Source of the DNA: Octopus sinensis
Taxonomy: Eukaryota
DNA length: 64,000 bases
Direction: 5' to 3'
Assembly (NCBI RefSeq): GCF_006345805.1
Contig: NC_043008.1
Span: forward strand, 14,942,001-15,006,000
Shown here: piece by piece, positions 1 through 11,139 of the stretch
How the letters are laid out: the number at the start of each line of letters is the position of its first letter
Numbering within the stretch: position 1 is the stretch's first letter
The notes under the pieces: generated by a model
The model's input: only the letters and a program-made list of their open reading frames with translations
Databases searched by the model: none
Told to the model about the DNA's origin: nothing
Program-made: the position numbers and the translations under genes

Positions 1-256
1 CTCTCTGTATCTCTCCCCTCCTCCTCCCCACTTCTATACCTCTCCTCTGTATCTCTCCATCTCCCCCACTTCTATACCTCTCTCTGTATCTCTCCCCACT
101 TCTATACCTCTCTCTGTATCTCTCTCCCACTTCTATACCTCTCTCTGTATCTCTCTCCCACTTCTATACCTCTCTCTGTATCTCTCCCCACTTCTATACC
201 TCTCTCTATACCTCTCCCACTTCTATACCTCTCTCTGTATCTCCCCCCCACTTCTA
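1..256. repeat. 30-31 bp minisatellite (~8 copies), continues off the window
   Basis: Unit CTCTCTGTATCTCTCCCCACTTCTATACCT; CTTCTATACC recurs at 31, 69, 99, 130, 161, 191. Confidence 0.95.
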
Positions 257-910
257 TTATTATCATCTGATGAAAGCTGTGGTGGTGGTGGTGGTGGTAG
301 TGGTGATGGTGGTGGTGGTGAGGGGGCTTTACCAACCAGAATCTCAAACACGACACCTTCGACATGATAACATTATAACATCTACATCTTTTTACTCATT
401 TTTTTTCTTCTTTTTACAAGTCAAATGTTAAAGATTAAAAAAAAAACAAAAAACAAAAAAAAAAAACAAAAAAAAAACAAAATAAAAAAAATACTAATTA
501 CAAATGAAACAACAAGTGCGTAATTAATGAATAAAATACTGGTGTACTAATGAATAACTTAAAGTTGTCAAGACTGATATAGAACTAAAACTGCTGTAGA
601 CATGTTTTTGTGCTTTTTAATACAAAATCAAAAACGAAACAAAACGAGAATGAACGATTTTCTAGATTTTCAGATAAGGCGACTTGATTTTCGCAGATAA
701 AATCTAGATATGTGTTGTACGTTTGCTTGTAATTAGTTACTTGTAATAAGTTACGAGCGCAGGCTTGGCTCTTTGGTTAAGATGCTCACTTCACAAACAG
801 ACTTATTCGGGGTTCTTTTCCCCCCTGCGCGGTACGATGGGGGCCGGGCCAATGCTTTCTACCACAACATCGGAGTAACCAAAGCTTGATATATTTTGAC
901 GTTATATATA

Positions 911-1465
911 TTGAGTTGTCCGGAAAGTTCGTGCCGATTTTTAAAGGAAAGAAAAAGGTCAATAAATACTTGCCGTTACATTTTTAATCAACCAAATATG
1001 AACCATTTTGTTGCACAATGCATCTCCATCTTTTCTTTAACTTGAAAATACCCTCTTCCCAGAACTGAGGTGGCTTCATGGCAAAGAATTCATCAAGGTA
1101 TCTTTTTTTGTCAACCAAGGCAGTGATATTTTTACTATTAAGACTATTCAGCAGAGACCTGAATAAGTGAAAATCCGAAGGAGCAATATCTGGTGAATAA
1201 GGAGGGTGGGGTAACACACCCCAGTAATTTTTGTCTGGTTCCCAAAGCATCAAGTGCCGAAAATGAACATTATTATCTTCCATTTTAAAGGGTTACAGAA
1301 TTAACACAGGTTATAGGAATATAAACCTTCTTCCACGAAAAGATAGCTTAAACTGTGCTCTAAATGGAGGTGTAGTAAAATCCTATTTTCTGACCTCAAC
1401 CATGTTCTAAAATAAGTCGAAATGTAAGCTGCTATAAATCGGCACGAACTTTCCGGACAACTCAA
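911..1465 (-). mobile_element. Internally deleted mariner (Tc1/mariner) element, 555 bp
   Basis: Perfect 30-bp TIRs (911-940 and 1436-1465) and TA TSD (909-910, 1466-1467). Minus ORF 984-1283 has a mariner N-terminus (MEDNNVHFRHLML) fused to the C-terminal HPPYSPDIAPSDFHLF...WRCIVQQNGSYLVD. Confidence 0.95.
984..1283 (-). pseudogene. Truncated mariner transposase ORF (99 aa; HTH and most of the catalytic domain missing)
   Basis: YSPD(I/L)APSDF motif and typical mariner C-terminus. Confidence 0.9.
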
Positions 1466-1469
1466 TATT

Positions 1470-1730
1470 ACTCTTTTACACTTTTACTTGTTTCAGTCAT
1501 TTGACTGTGGCCATGCTGGAGTCTTTAGTCGAGCAAATCGACTCCAGGACTTATTCTTTGTAAGCCTAATACTTATTCTATCAGTCTCTTTTGTCGAACC
1601 ACTAAGCTACGAGGAGGTAAACACATCAGCATCGGTTGTCAAGCGATATTGGGGGGACAAACACAGACACACAAACATTCACACACACACACACTCACAC
1701 ACACACATACACAAACACACACGCACATAC
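1470..1730 (-). mobile_element. SINE family A, 3' half
   Basis: Reverse complement of the 3' part of the full copy at 1918-2322. Confidence 0.85.
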
Positions 1731-1917
1731 ACATGAGCTTGACTTCATGGACTATATCTTCTCTGAATTCATGGCCCCTCTCTATGACAGAAATCGTTAT
1801 ATTTCTTAATATATCGCGGGCGATGGTTTAGCAGGTTTGGTACAACGATGGACAAGAATCTTTGCAGCACTCAATTATAGTCACCACGTTTTGGGTTCAA
1901 ATCCTACTGAGACCTGA

Positions 1918-2322
1918 GGCGCAGGAGTGGCTGTGTGGTAAGTAGCTTGCTTACCAACCACATGGTTCCAGGTTCAGTCCCACTGCGTGACACTTTGGGC
2001 AAGTGTCTTCTACTATAGCCTCGGGCCGACCAAAACCTTGTGAGTGGATTTGGTAGACGGAAACTGAAAGAAGCCCATCGTATATATATATATATATGTG
2101 TGTGCGTGTACGTTTCTGTATCTGTGTTTCTCCCCCTAGCATTGCTTTACAACCGATGCTGGTGTGTTTATGTCCCCGTCACTTAGCGGTTCAGTAAAAG
2201 AGACCGATAGAATAAGTGCTGGGCTTACAAAGAATAAGTCCCGGAGTCGAGTTGCTCGATTAAAGGCGGTGCTCCAGCATGGCCGCAGTCAAATGACTGA
2301 AACAAGTAAAAGAGTAAAGAGA
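1918..2322 (+). mobile_element. SINE family A, full length (~400 bp, tRNA-derived head, internal TA/TG microsatellite)
   Basis: Head GGCGCAGGAGTGGCTGTGTGGTAAG with B-box-like GGTTCAGTCC and tail (GTAAAAGA)n. Near-identical copies at 19368, 44636 and 49982. Confidence 0.9.
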
Positions 2323-2399
2323 GACCGATTTTCTTCCTTTTTTTTTGTTAAAGGAGTATCGACCGAGCACTGAGCTTCGGTTAATTTCGAAACCTTATG

Positions 2400-2525
2400 C
2401 CAACTAGATCAACCTACCAGGGTTTTACCACCATTCGTCAGAGCAGCTGCGAGCTGGAAGAGGCCTCGTAGCAGGCCCCACAACCAGATGGTTGGACGTG
2501 ATAGGGAAAGATCTCCAGACGAGTA
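2400..2525 (+). mobile_element. RTE-clade LINE 3' coding remnant
   Basis: Translates, with one frameshift, to WKRPRSRP-TRWLDVIGKDLQ, resembling the RTE C-terminal KRPRGRPRTRWLD motif. Confidence 0.6.
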
Positions 2526-2589
2526 CCCCCGCCCCCCATCTCTTTCACTATTCTCACTGCCTCAACTACTGCAGCCATGATGTCGATGA

Positions 2590-3930
2590 CGTCGACTGGC
2601 GCCACTGCCACCACCGTTACCACCACCACCACCACCACCACCACCATTAGCACTACCATCACTAGCACTACAACCACCACCACCACCACCGCCACCACTA
2701 GCACTACCACCACCACTAGCACTACCACCACCACCACCACCACCGCCACCACTAGCACTACCACCACCACTAGCACTACCACCACCACTAGCACTACCAC
2801 CACCACCACACTAGCACTAACCACCACCACTAGCACTACCACCACCACCACCACCGCCACCACTAGCACTACCACCACCACTAGCACTACCACACCACCA
2901 CCACCACCGCCACCACTAGCACTACCACCACCACCACCAACAGCACTAGCACTACCACCACCACTACCACCACCACCACCACTAGCACTACGACGACGAC
3001 CACCACCACCACCACTACCACTACCACCACCACCACCACTAGCACTACCACCACCACCACCACTAGCACTACACCACCACCACCACCACCACCACTAGCA
3101 CTACCACCACCACCACCACCGCCACCACTAGCACTACCACCACCACCACCACCACCACTAGCACTACCACCACCACTACCACCACCACCATCACTAGCAC
3201 TACGACGACGACGACGACCACCACCACTACCACCACCACCACCACTAGCACTACCACCACTAGCACTACCACCACCACCACCACTAGCACTACCACCACC
3301 ACCACCACCACTAGCACTACCACCACCACCACCACCACCACTAGCACTACCACCACCACCACCACCACCACCACTAGCACACCACCACCACCACTACCAC
3401 CACCACCACCACTAGCACTACGACGACGACCACGACCACCACCACAAGCACTACCACCACCACCACCACTAGCACTACCACCACCACCACCACTAGCACT
3501 ACCACCACCACCACCACCACCACTAGCACTACCACCACCACCACCACCGCCACCACTAGCACTACCACCACCACCACCACCACCACTAGCACTACCACCA
3601 CCACTACCACCACCACCACCACCACTAGCACTACGACGACGACGACGACACCACCACCACCACTACCACCACCACCACCACCACCACTAGCACTACCACC
3701 ACTAGCACTACCACCACCGCTACCACCACCACTAGCACTACCACCACCACCACTAGCACTACCACCGCCACCACCACCACCACCACTAGCACTACCACCA
3801 CTAGCACTACCACTACGACTAGCACTACCACCACCACCACCACCACCACCACCAACCACCACCACTAGCACTAACACTAACAGCAGTAGCAGCAGTACCA
3901 CCCTTACCACCACCAGCACCAGCACCGACA
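2590..3930. repeat. Compound (ACC)n array punctuated by ACTAGCACT, ~1.3 kb
   Basis: Visible directly; source of the poly-T/P/V ORFs. Confidence 0.95.
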
Positions 3931-3989
3931 ACGAATGAAATCAATAAAGCTCGTGATCAATTGATGGATATTTGTATATTATCGATTTT

Positions 3990-4192
3990 TTTTGACATAA
4001 GCACACCGCCTCGAATTTTGAGGGAAAGGAGCTATCGATTATATCTATCTCAGTACTTGACCGGTAATTTATTTTATTGCATGAAAGGGAAAGTTGGGTC
4101 TTACGCGATTTGAACTCAGAACATAAGGAGCCGAAACAAATGCGACAAAGCATTTTGTTCGACACTACAACGATACTGTCAAATCGACCGCC
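3990..4192 (-). mobile_element. SINE family D, old diverged copy
   Basis: Reverse complement matches the D head (...TCTGAGTTCAAATCG...) and degraded core. Confidence 0.6.
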
Positions 4193-4197
4193 TTTAT

Positions 4198-4580
4198 CTT
4201 TTAAGTATTTTTGTTTCATTCATGAGACTGTGGCCATGCTGGGGCAACGCCTTGAAAATTTTAGTCGAAAGAATCAACCCCGGTATTTAGTATCTTTTAA
4301 AGCCTGGTAAATATTCCATTGGTCTCTTTTGTCGAACCGCTAAGTTACGGGGACGTAAACACACTAACATCGGTTGCCAAGTGGTGGAGGTGGACAAATA
4401 CAAATTCAAATACAAACACAAACACACAATTAAATTATACGATGGGCTTCATTTCAGTTTCCGTCTACCAAATCCTCTCGCAAAGCTTTGATCGGTCCGA
4501 GGCTGTAGCAGAAGTTACTTGCTCAAAGTGCCATGCAGTGGGACTGAACCTGGAACCATGTGGTTGCGAACAAAGTTTCT
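4198..4580 (-). mobile_element. SINE family A, diverged copy
   Basis: Reverse-complement similarity along its length to 1918-2322. Confidence 0.75.
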
Positions 4581-4883
4581 TTATTTCATGGAAATTGGCC
4601 ATAAAGGCTTTACATAGCAGGGACAGTAAATGGTGGGGACAAAAAAAAAAAAGACAAAACGAATGGAATTAATGAAATTGTACAAAGATGAAATGAAGCC
4701 GCTCGGCCCTACCTCCGAGCGACTTGATTGGACCCTTTGTAACACCATTTACATTAACCTTTTGCAACAACTAATTTATACAACACTTAAAAAAAATTTT
4801 TTAATTACATTAATTTAAGATACCAATAATCCCGCCTTTATAACAGCTAGTTTTATTTTTTAGACAATGTATATCTTATATTT

Positions 4884-5471
4884 GGCGCTTCTCTAGAAGC
4901 GCACCTCTCCAAGAAAATGACATTTACTTGTAAAAAAAAGTTAGGAAAATAAGAAATATATTAAAAACAATCAAGAATTTGGAAACGTTATTGTCAGGCC
5001 CCTCGTATCATTAATAATATCTGATACAAGTTATCACCCCTTGTATCGTCCGACATGTTTGTTTATATTCGTGAGTGCTCGTTTACCGTGTTTTATTTTT
5101 TTGTATAAAATATTTTGAAATGATAATAAATCTTAGAGCGAGTTATAACTCGAGTCAATACCCAGAAACTCGAGTCCGTGTGTATCATAAGTTGAAGACG
5201 GGAAGGATGGTTTCCATTTGCAAATACTGATAAGGCACAGAAAGTGTGTCTATAGCCAGCTGGAGGAGGTGTGCTCCTGGGGCTACAAACTACAGTAGCA
5301 TCCACCCTTAGGGGTTAGCCATATTTAAATGGCAAATATACGTCACGATATTTTAAAATAATTTTTTTGCATACTTCATTTATTTTGGATATATCTTCCA
5401 TTTTCCTAACTTTTTTTTTTTTTATAAGTAAGCGTCATTTTCTTGGAGGGGAGCGCTTCTGAAGAAGCGCC
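4884..5471. mobile_element. MITE-like element with ~90-bp imperfect TIRs
   Basis: GGCGCTTCTCTAGAAGCGC-CCTCTCCAAGAAAATGAC...AAGTTAGGAAAAT at 4884-4960 is mirrored at ~5395-5471; TA-rich flanks. Confidence 0.7.
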
Positions 5472-6659
5472 TTATATATTTTTAAAATATCAACAGGAGT
5501 GGCTGTGTGGTAAGTAGCTTTTTGTGGGACTTCCATTCAAGAGGCGGGGACGTGAAGGACACATCTGAAGACCTGTTTGAATAACGGTAAATCGATGCCT
5601 GGAGGAAAAGAGTGAATTCCAGGAGTTGACACTATAGAAAAGATTGGTTAAGTAAAAAGTTGATATATAAATATTGAGTTGTCAGATAAATTCGTTTGTT
5701 CCACCCCACTCCCCGCCACCATTTTTTAACAGAAAACATTTTAATCCTTTTCAATTTTATCTGAATTTAAGCAAAAAATAATTTTATTATGTTTTAATGC
5801 TTCATCGTTGTAGCTCTGATTTTCTCTACAATTTTTATTTATCGCCTTTGAAAATAATAAAAAAAGCACTCCTTTTGAGACATATGACCATGAAGTGCGA
5901 AGTAGAAAAAAACGAAGAAAAGTAACCCCACCCTCAAAAAAGAAAAAAAAAAACCCCAGTGAATTTAGGTATCTGACAAACCAATGTTTAACTGGTTTAA
6001 AAAAAAATCTCATATACAAATTTTTATTGAAGAATTTAGACAAGACGCAAAAAGATAAAGAATAAAGCACTAAAGGAAAGGATTCAACTACAATATAAAT
6101 AACCGATTCATGAGATGGATGAGGGTGGAGAAATGGGGTGGAGTGGGGGGACTCAGGGGAGGGGTTACATACGTGCGTTGGGCTGGGTTCCAAAAACCAC
6201 GTATTTTACTATAACTCGTGTGTCGAAAATATTGTATTTTCTCACCGTCAGTACCCTTCTGTTGCGACTAATTTTATACGGGTATGTTGCATCATAAACA
6301 CACGTCAAAAACACCCTCCAAACACACACATATAAATACACACGTTTATATACACAATACGCACCCGCGCATAAAATATTAAACACGAACAGGTGTATAC
6401 ATACACACATATACATAACTTCCGCTAATCCTTCGCATGCTTGTGTCTTTAAACTTCATGTGAATGACATATTCGCTGGATGTAAAAGCTATCTGCCATT
6501 TTGGCTTGTACAGAATTCATGATTTAGGCCAATAGAAAATGCTTGTTAATCATATATCATCGGGTTCTTGGCTAATTTCGAAAAATAAGGCAATTCCGAA
6601 GAATTCAGACTTATATTTTGTCCGCAATCAATATAATTCCAGCTTTCGACAATACTTTT

Positions 6660-6715
6660 TCTCTCTCTTTCTTTCTTTCTTTTTCTTTCTTCTTTTCTTT
6701 CTTTCTTTCTTCTTT

Positions 6716-6755
<40 letters not shown>

Positions 6756-7320
6756 TTTGTCTGTATATATATCTCTCTCTCGTTTTATCTCTCTCCCCCT
6801 CTTTCGTATTTCTTCTACCTCTGCTACCTCTGCTCTATTTAAATATGGTTGCAACGCCAAACAATCACCGCGAGCTACAACAACACCAGTGACAAGAACA
6901 ACAACAAAAACCAAAGCAACAGCAACAGCAAAAATAATAGTAGTAGTAGTAGTAATAGTAGTAGTAATAGTAGTAGTAGTGGTAATAGTAGTAGTAGTAG
7001 CAGCAACAGCAATAATAATGGCCGCCGCAGCAGCAATAACAGCAAAGAACCTACAACAACAACAACAACAAGGACAACAACAACAACAACCAACAGTGAT
7101 ATTGAAAGTGACAGCATCAACAGCTGAAATAACCACGAAGCCACGGCCACCACGACCACCACCACGACCACGACCACCACCAACAACAACAACGACACCT
7201 CAATCAGCTCAATAACAGTAACAAAATGAAAAAAGGAGAAAGATATAATAATAATAATAATAATGATAATAATAATAATAGTAATAATAATAATAATAAT
7301 AATGATAATAATAAATGTAA
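6660..7320. repeat. Cluster of simple repeats (TTTC)n, (CAA)n, (AGT)n, (AAT)n
   Basis: Direct reading. Confidence 0.9.
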
Positions 7321-7579
7321 AAAAATCAATGTTATGCAATTCTCGTTGCTCCGTTTCTAAAGCACAACTTGAAACAATAGGATATATAGCCTGTAACATA
7401 ATATTTTGATATATTATGCAGCGGCATGATTGAAAGTGTGAAGTCAAAGATTTTACATATATTGATGCTGACTTTTGGCACCGGAATTCAATGGCACAGA
7501 CGCAAATCTACATGGAAACGAAAACGAAAATATCGCAATAAAGAATAAGGAAGAACAAACAAAAAGAAAAAAAATGGAG

Positions 7580-7581
7580 AG

Positions 7582-7616
<35 letters not shown>

Positions 7617-7860
7617 TGAGAGAGGCAGAATTAAAGGAAGAAAGGAAGAGAAGGAAAATAAGGAGAATAAGAAGATGAAATAAATAGAGAGAAAAAGCCA
7701 GAACTAATAAATACACAATTTTCTTTGTCGTTTTTAACAACCGCGGCGGTGTGTTTGGAACGATGGCGGTGATGGTGACGATGGCGATGATGGTGGCGAT
7801 GGTGATGATGGAGGTGATGGTGATGGTGATGATGATGGTGATGATGGTGATGGCGACAAC
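7580..7860. repeat. (GA)n and (GAT/GGT)n simple repeats
   Basis: Direct reading. Confidence 0.9.
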
Positions 7861-8062
7861 AATAACAAAACTGAGACAAATAACATCGACAGCAACAACT
7901 GCAATAACACTGCCGCTACCGTTCCCCAGCGTCATCGCAACGACAACTGTACAATGAAAACATGCTATCGACGCAATAAAATGGGAATGAAATGGCGAGA
8001 ATACGAGATACAGTTGTGCGTGCGTGTGCGCATGCGCATACGAGTGTGCGTGTGTGTGCGTA

Positions 8063-8105
<43 letters not shown>

Positions 8106-8547
8106 GTGAATTAAATCGCTTAATTGTGTCGAAGGCAGCTCTTTAACTTTTTTCGCCAAGGGTTGGCGTAATAATCGTTTCACAAAAAGAGGCGCGACGA
8201 CCCACCATAAGTGCCTTGGATGCAGAGGTTGGGAAAAGAAAATGGCGTCGGAATCGCCGATTGAATGTCCCTCAATAGTTGACTGTTACTTTATTTTATC
8301 GACCCAGAGGCTATGCCGTCTTAATACACGGGAACACTGGCACTTCAAGGGTTTAGGGGCTCCAATTCTGATGTAAATATGGTGTGGCTTGCTGCCAATA
8401 AATAAATACTATAAGACGCTGTGCATTGATTATAGCAATATTATAGACCCCCGCTGTGCTAAGGTTGTTCTGCCCAGAAAGAAAAGAAAGCAAAGTTGAA
8501 TTCGGCAGAGCTCAGTGAATAAAGGACTGCAACTAAATGTTGGTCTC

Positions 8548-8757
8548 AAGTTTTGGCACAAGGCCAGCATTTTCGAGAGAGTGGGGTAAATGGATTACAT
8601 CGATTTCAGGACACAAATGATACTTATGTTATCGACTCCGAAAGGATGAAAGGCAAAATCGACCACGGCGGTATTTGAACTCAGAACCTGAAGACGGACG
8701 AAATTCTGCTAAGCATTTTGTCCGGCGTGCTAACGATTCTACCGGCTCGCCGCCTTA
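8548..8757 (-). mobile_element. SINE family D monomer with tail type iii
   Basis: Reverse complement reads GGCGGCGAGCCGGTAGAATCGTTAGCAC...CCTTTCATCCTTTCGGAGTCGATAAC...GCTGGCCTTGTGCCAAAACT. Confidence 0.85.
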
Positions 8758-8869
8758 TCTGCAACAAAAGGTTAAAAGACATTCTAAATACTAAAATTAT
8801 GTTCTTATTACTGAAAAAGCTCCCTTAATATATATAAAAAAACGCACTTGAAATTATATGTTAATTCCT

Positions 8870-9102
8870 TTGACTCCATATGGAGCATAGGGCGGTGACA
8901 AGGGATCTCCATCTTTCTTAAATTTTGGCAACGGATTGCAGTTGTCCCTAGGTGTAGCCGAACCTGCCAATTTTTCAGTTTCTGTGAACCTTCTCTATAT
9001 TCTTTTTCGTCTGCCACCCTTCTGCTCTCTTGGGTTGTCTTAAGGTTTGTCTTGTAATGTTGGCAACAGGTTGTCTTAGAATGTGTCCCAGTCAACTCCA
9101 TT
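8870..9102 (-). mobile_element. RTE-clade LINE 3' coding remnant
   Basis: A minus frame reads KWS*LGHILRQPVANITRQTL...GYT*GQLQSVAKI*ERWRSLVTALCSIW, matching the RTE C-terminus (WxGHxLR...ITRQAL...WRxLVxALC). Confidence 0.8.
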
Positions 9103-9284
9103 TCTTTTTTTTTTTTATCTAGGTTTCGATAAGTTGCTGGTTCACCGTTCTCCCATATTTTTTTCTCGAGCCCTATGACTTACAAGAACGGTTGTCTGGT
9201 TTCCACGACATACAAGCGACTGAAATCACAATATTGCTCCTGAACGGGACGCCGGTAACATGTAGGGTTCAAGACCAGTTATTT

Positions 9285-9460
9285 TGAAGGGAGAAGGCAA
9301 GTCAATTACCCCGATCTCCAGGATTTGACTTGTACTTTATTTTATCGACCCCGCAGGGATGTAAAGTAAAGTTGGCCTCCACACGATTTGAATGTAAAAG
9401 CCGGAAGAAATGCCGCTGTGCATTTTGGCCGACATGCTAACGATTTTACCAGCTCACTGT
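9285..9460 (-). mobile_element. SINE family D, diverged copy
   Basis: Reverse complement has the D head and GGGGTCGATAAAATAAAGTAC core. Confidence 0.65.
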
Positions 9461-9708
9461 ACTCTAACTTAATTATTGAAATAACACTAATTAATGAAAT
9501 AACATTTCAATTACTAAAATAATTTTCTAATTACTGAAGTAATTTTGTGTTCTGCATTCGAATTCAACCAAGGTGGACTTTGCTTTCATCCCTCCAGAAT
9601 CGAAGAAATAAAAATCAGTTAAGTTTAGAATTTACTCAATTTAGCTGACTGCTTCCGTTTCCCTCAAAGTATAGTCATATGATTTAGTTAGAAACCAATA
9701 TTAGAGTA

Positions 9709-10209
9709 CAGTAATTCCTCGACTATCACGGGTGTTACGTTTCAAGACCTCCCACAGAAATAATTAAAATCTAAAAAAAATATATCTATCGGCCGTAGAA
9801 ATCCGGATATACTGAGAAACCTGCGATATAAATTTACGTATATTAGCTAGAAAAATCTGCGATGTAACTGAGTGTGCGATAGGTGAACTGCGATGTACTG
9901 AGGGCGCGAGAGGTAAATCGCGATGTACTGAGTACGCGATAGGTGAATTGAATGTACTGAATGCGTCATAGGTAAGCCGCGATGTACTGAGGCGTGATAT
10001 GTGAACCGCGAAGTACTGAGAGTGTCATAGGTAAACCGCGATGTACTGAGGGCGCGAAAAGTGAACCGCGATGTACTGAGGGCGTGATAGATAAACCACA
10101 ATGTACTGAGGGCGTGATAGGTGAACCGTGAAGTTCTGAGGGTGTGATAAGTGAACCGTGAAGTACTGAGGGCGCGATAAGTGAACCGCGATATGGCGAG
10201 AGATTACTG
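9709..10209. mobile_element. Tigger/pogo-like MITE (501 bp) with an internal ~30-bp tandem repeat
   Basis: TIRs CAGTAATTCCTCG / CGAGAGATTACTG and TA TSD (9707-9708, 10210-10211); ~11 copies of GCGATGTACTGAGGGCGCGATAGGTGAACC at ~9859-10195. Confidence 0.8.
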
Positions 10210-10269
10210 TATTAAAATAGAATCAACTGAACCCCAAAATTTGTGGTACGCTCCACAAAGAAAGTTTCT

Positions 10270-10420
10270 CCGTATGTTTCGTTTACTCCAGTTTCCCTCA
10301 CAAAGCTTTGGTTGATCTGAGGCTATCGTAAAAAAAAATCCCCAAAAACAATTGTTCAAGGTGCCATGTTGCAGAGTAGAACCCGCTACCGCGTGACTGT
10401 GAAACAAACTTCTTAATCAC
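10270..10420 (-). mobile_element. SINE family A, diverged 5' fragment
   Basis: Reverse-complement similarity to the A head and core. Confidence 0.55.
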
Positions 10421-10424
10421 TCGT

Positions 10425-10591
10425 CCACACACACACACACACACACAGACACACACACACACACTTCTATGCATACAACCACACCCGCTTCCATGCATAG
10501 ACCTACATCCACACAAACGCACTCCCATACATACATCTATACACACGCGCGTGGACGCACATATACACACACACACGCATACGCACGCACG

Positions 10592-10625
<34 letters not shown>

Positions 10626-10685
10626 CACGCAGATATACATATACACTCACACTGTCACACACAAACACACACACACACACACACA
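10425..10685. repeat. (CA)n-rich microsatellite
   Basis: Direct reading. Confidence 0.9.
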
Positions 10686-10899
10686 TGGTACTTAACTAAT
10701 TGATTTTTAAATTCGGAACTAGGCAATAATTTTTTTTTTCCAGAAAAGGTGCGGTCGATTTAAACAATGCCATTACTTAATTAATTATTTGTGCTTTATG
10801 TTAATGGCCCTGAAAAGATGTTAATGTCAGCTCTGGCACGACCTAAAGCCAATTAATAAAGGGACATAACTCAATCCGACAAAGAACGGAAACAAACCA

Positions 10900-11130
10900 G
10901 CACCGGTTATCAAACGGTTTTGAGGGAACAAGCATGAACGCATCAAGCGGTAGTGGGGACAAACACAGACGCAAACACAAACACAGACACACACACACAT
11001 TCATATAAATATATACGACAGGCTTCTTTCAGTTTCCGGCAGTCAAATCCACTTGGGGATTTGGTCAACCCAGGGCTAATGTAGAAGACACCACGTGGTT
11101 GGGAAGTAAGCTTCTTACCACATAACCACG
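10900..11130 (-). mobile_element. SINE family A fragment
   Basis: GGGGACAAACACAGAC...GGCTTCTTTCAGTTTCCG...CTTCTTACCACATAACCAC matches A on the minus strand. Confidence 0.7.
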
Positions 11131-11139
11131 CATGCGCCA

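Noticed and set aside
265-345. CTGATGA hammerhead core
   Set aside because: No GAAA core half or stems follow; the region is a (GGT)n repeat.
5522-5640. CR1/L2 3' remnant on the minus strand (SWNSL-like)
   Set aside because: The match is too short and degenerate to support without an alignment.
8243-8300. Start codon in AAAATGGCG context (MASESPIECPSIV)
   Set aside because: No convincing donor site, and the frame runs into SINE-like sequence.
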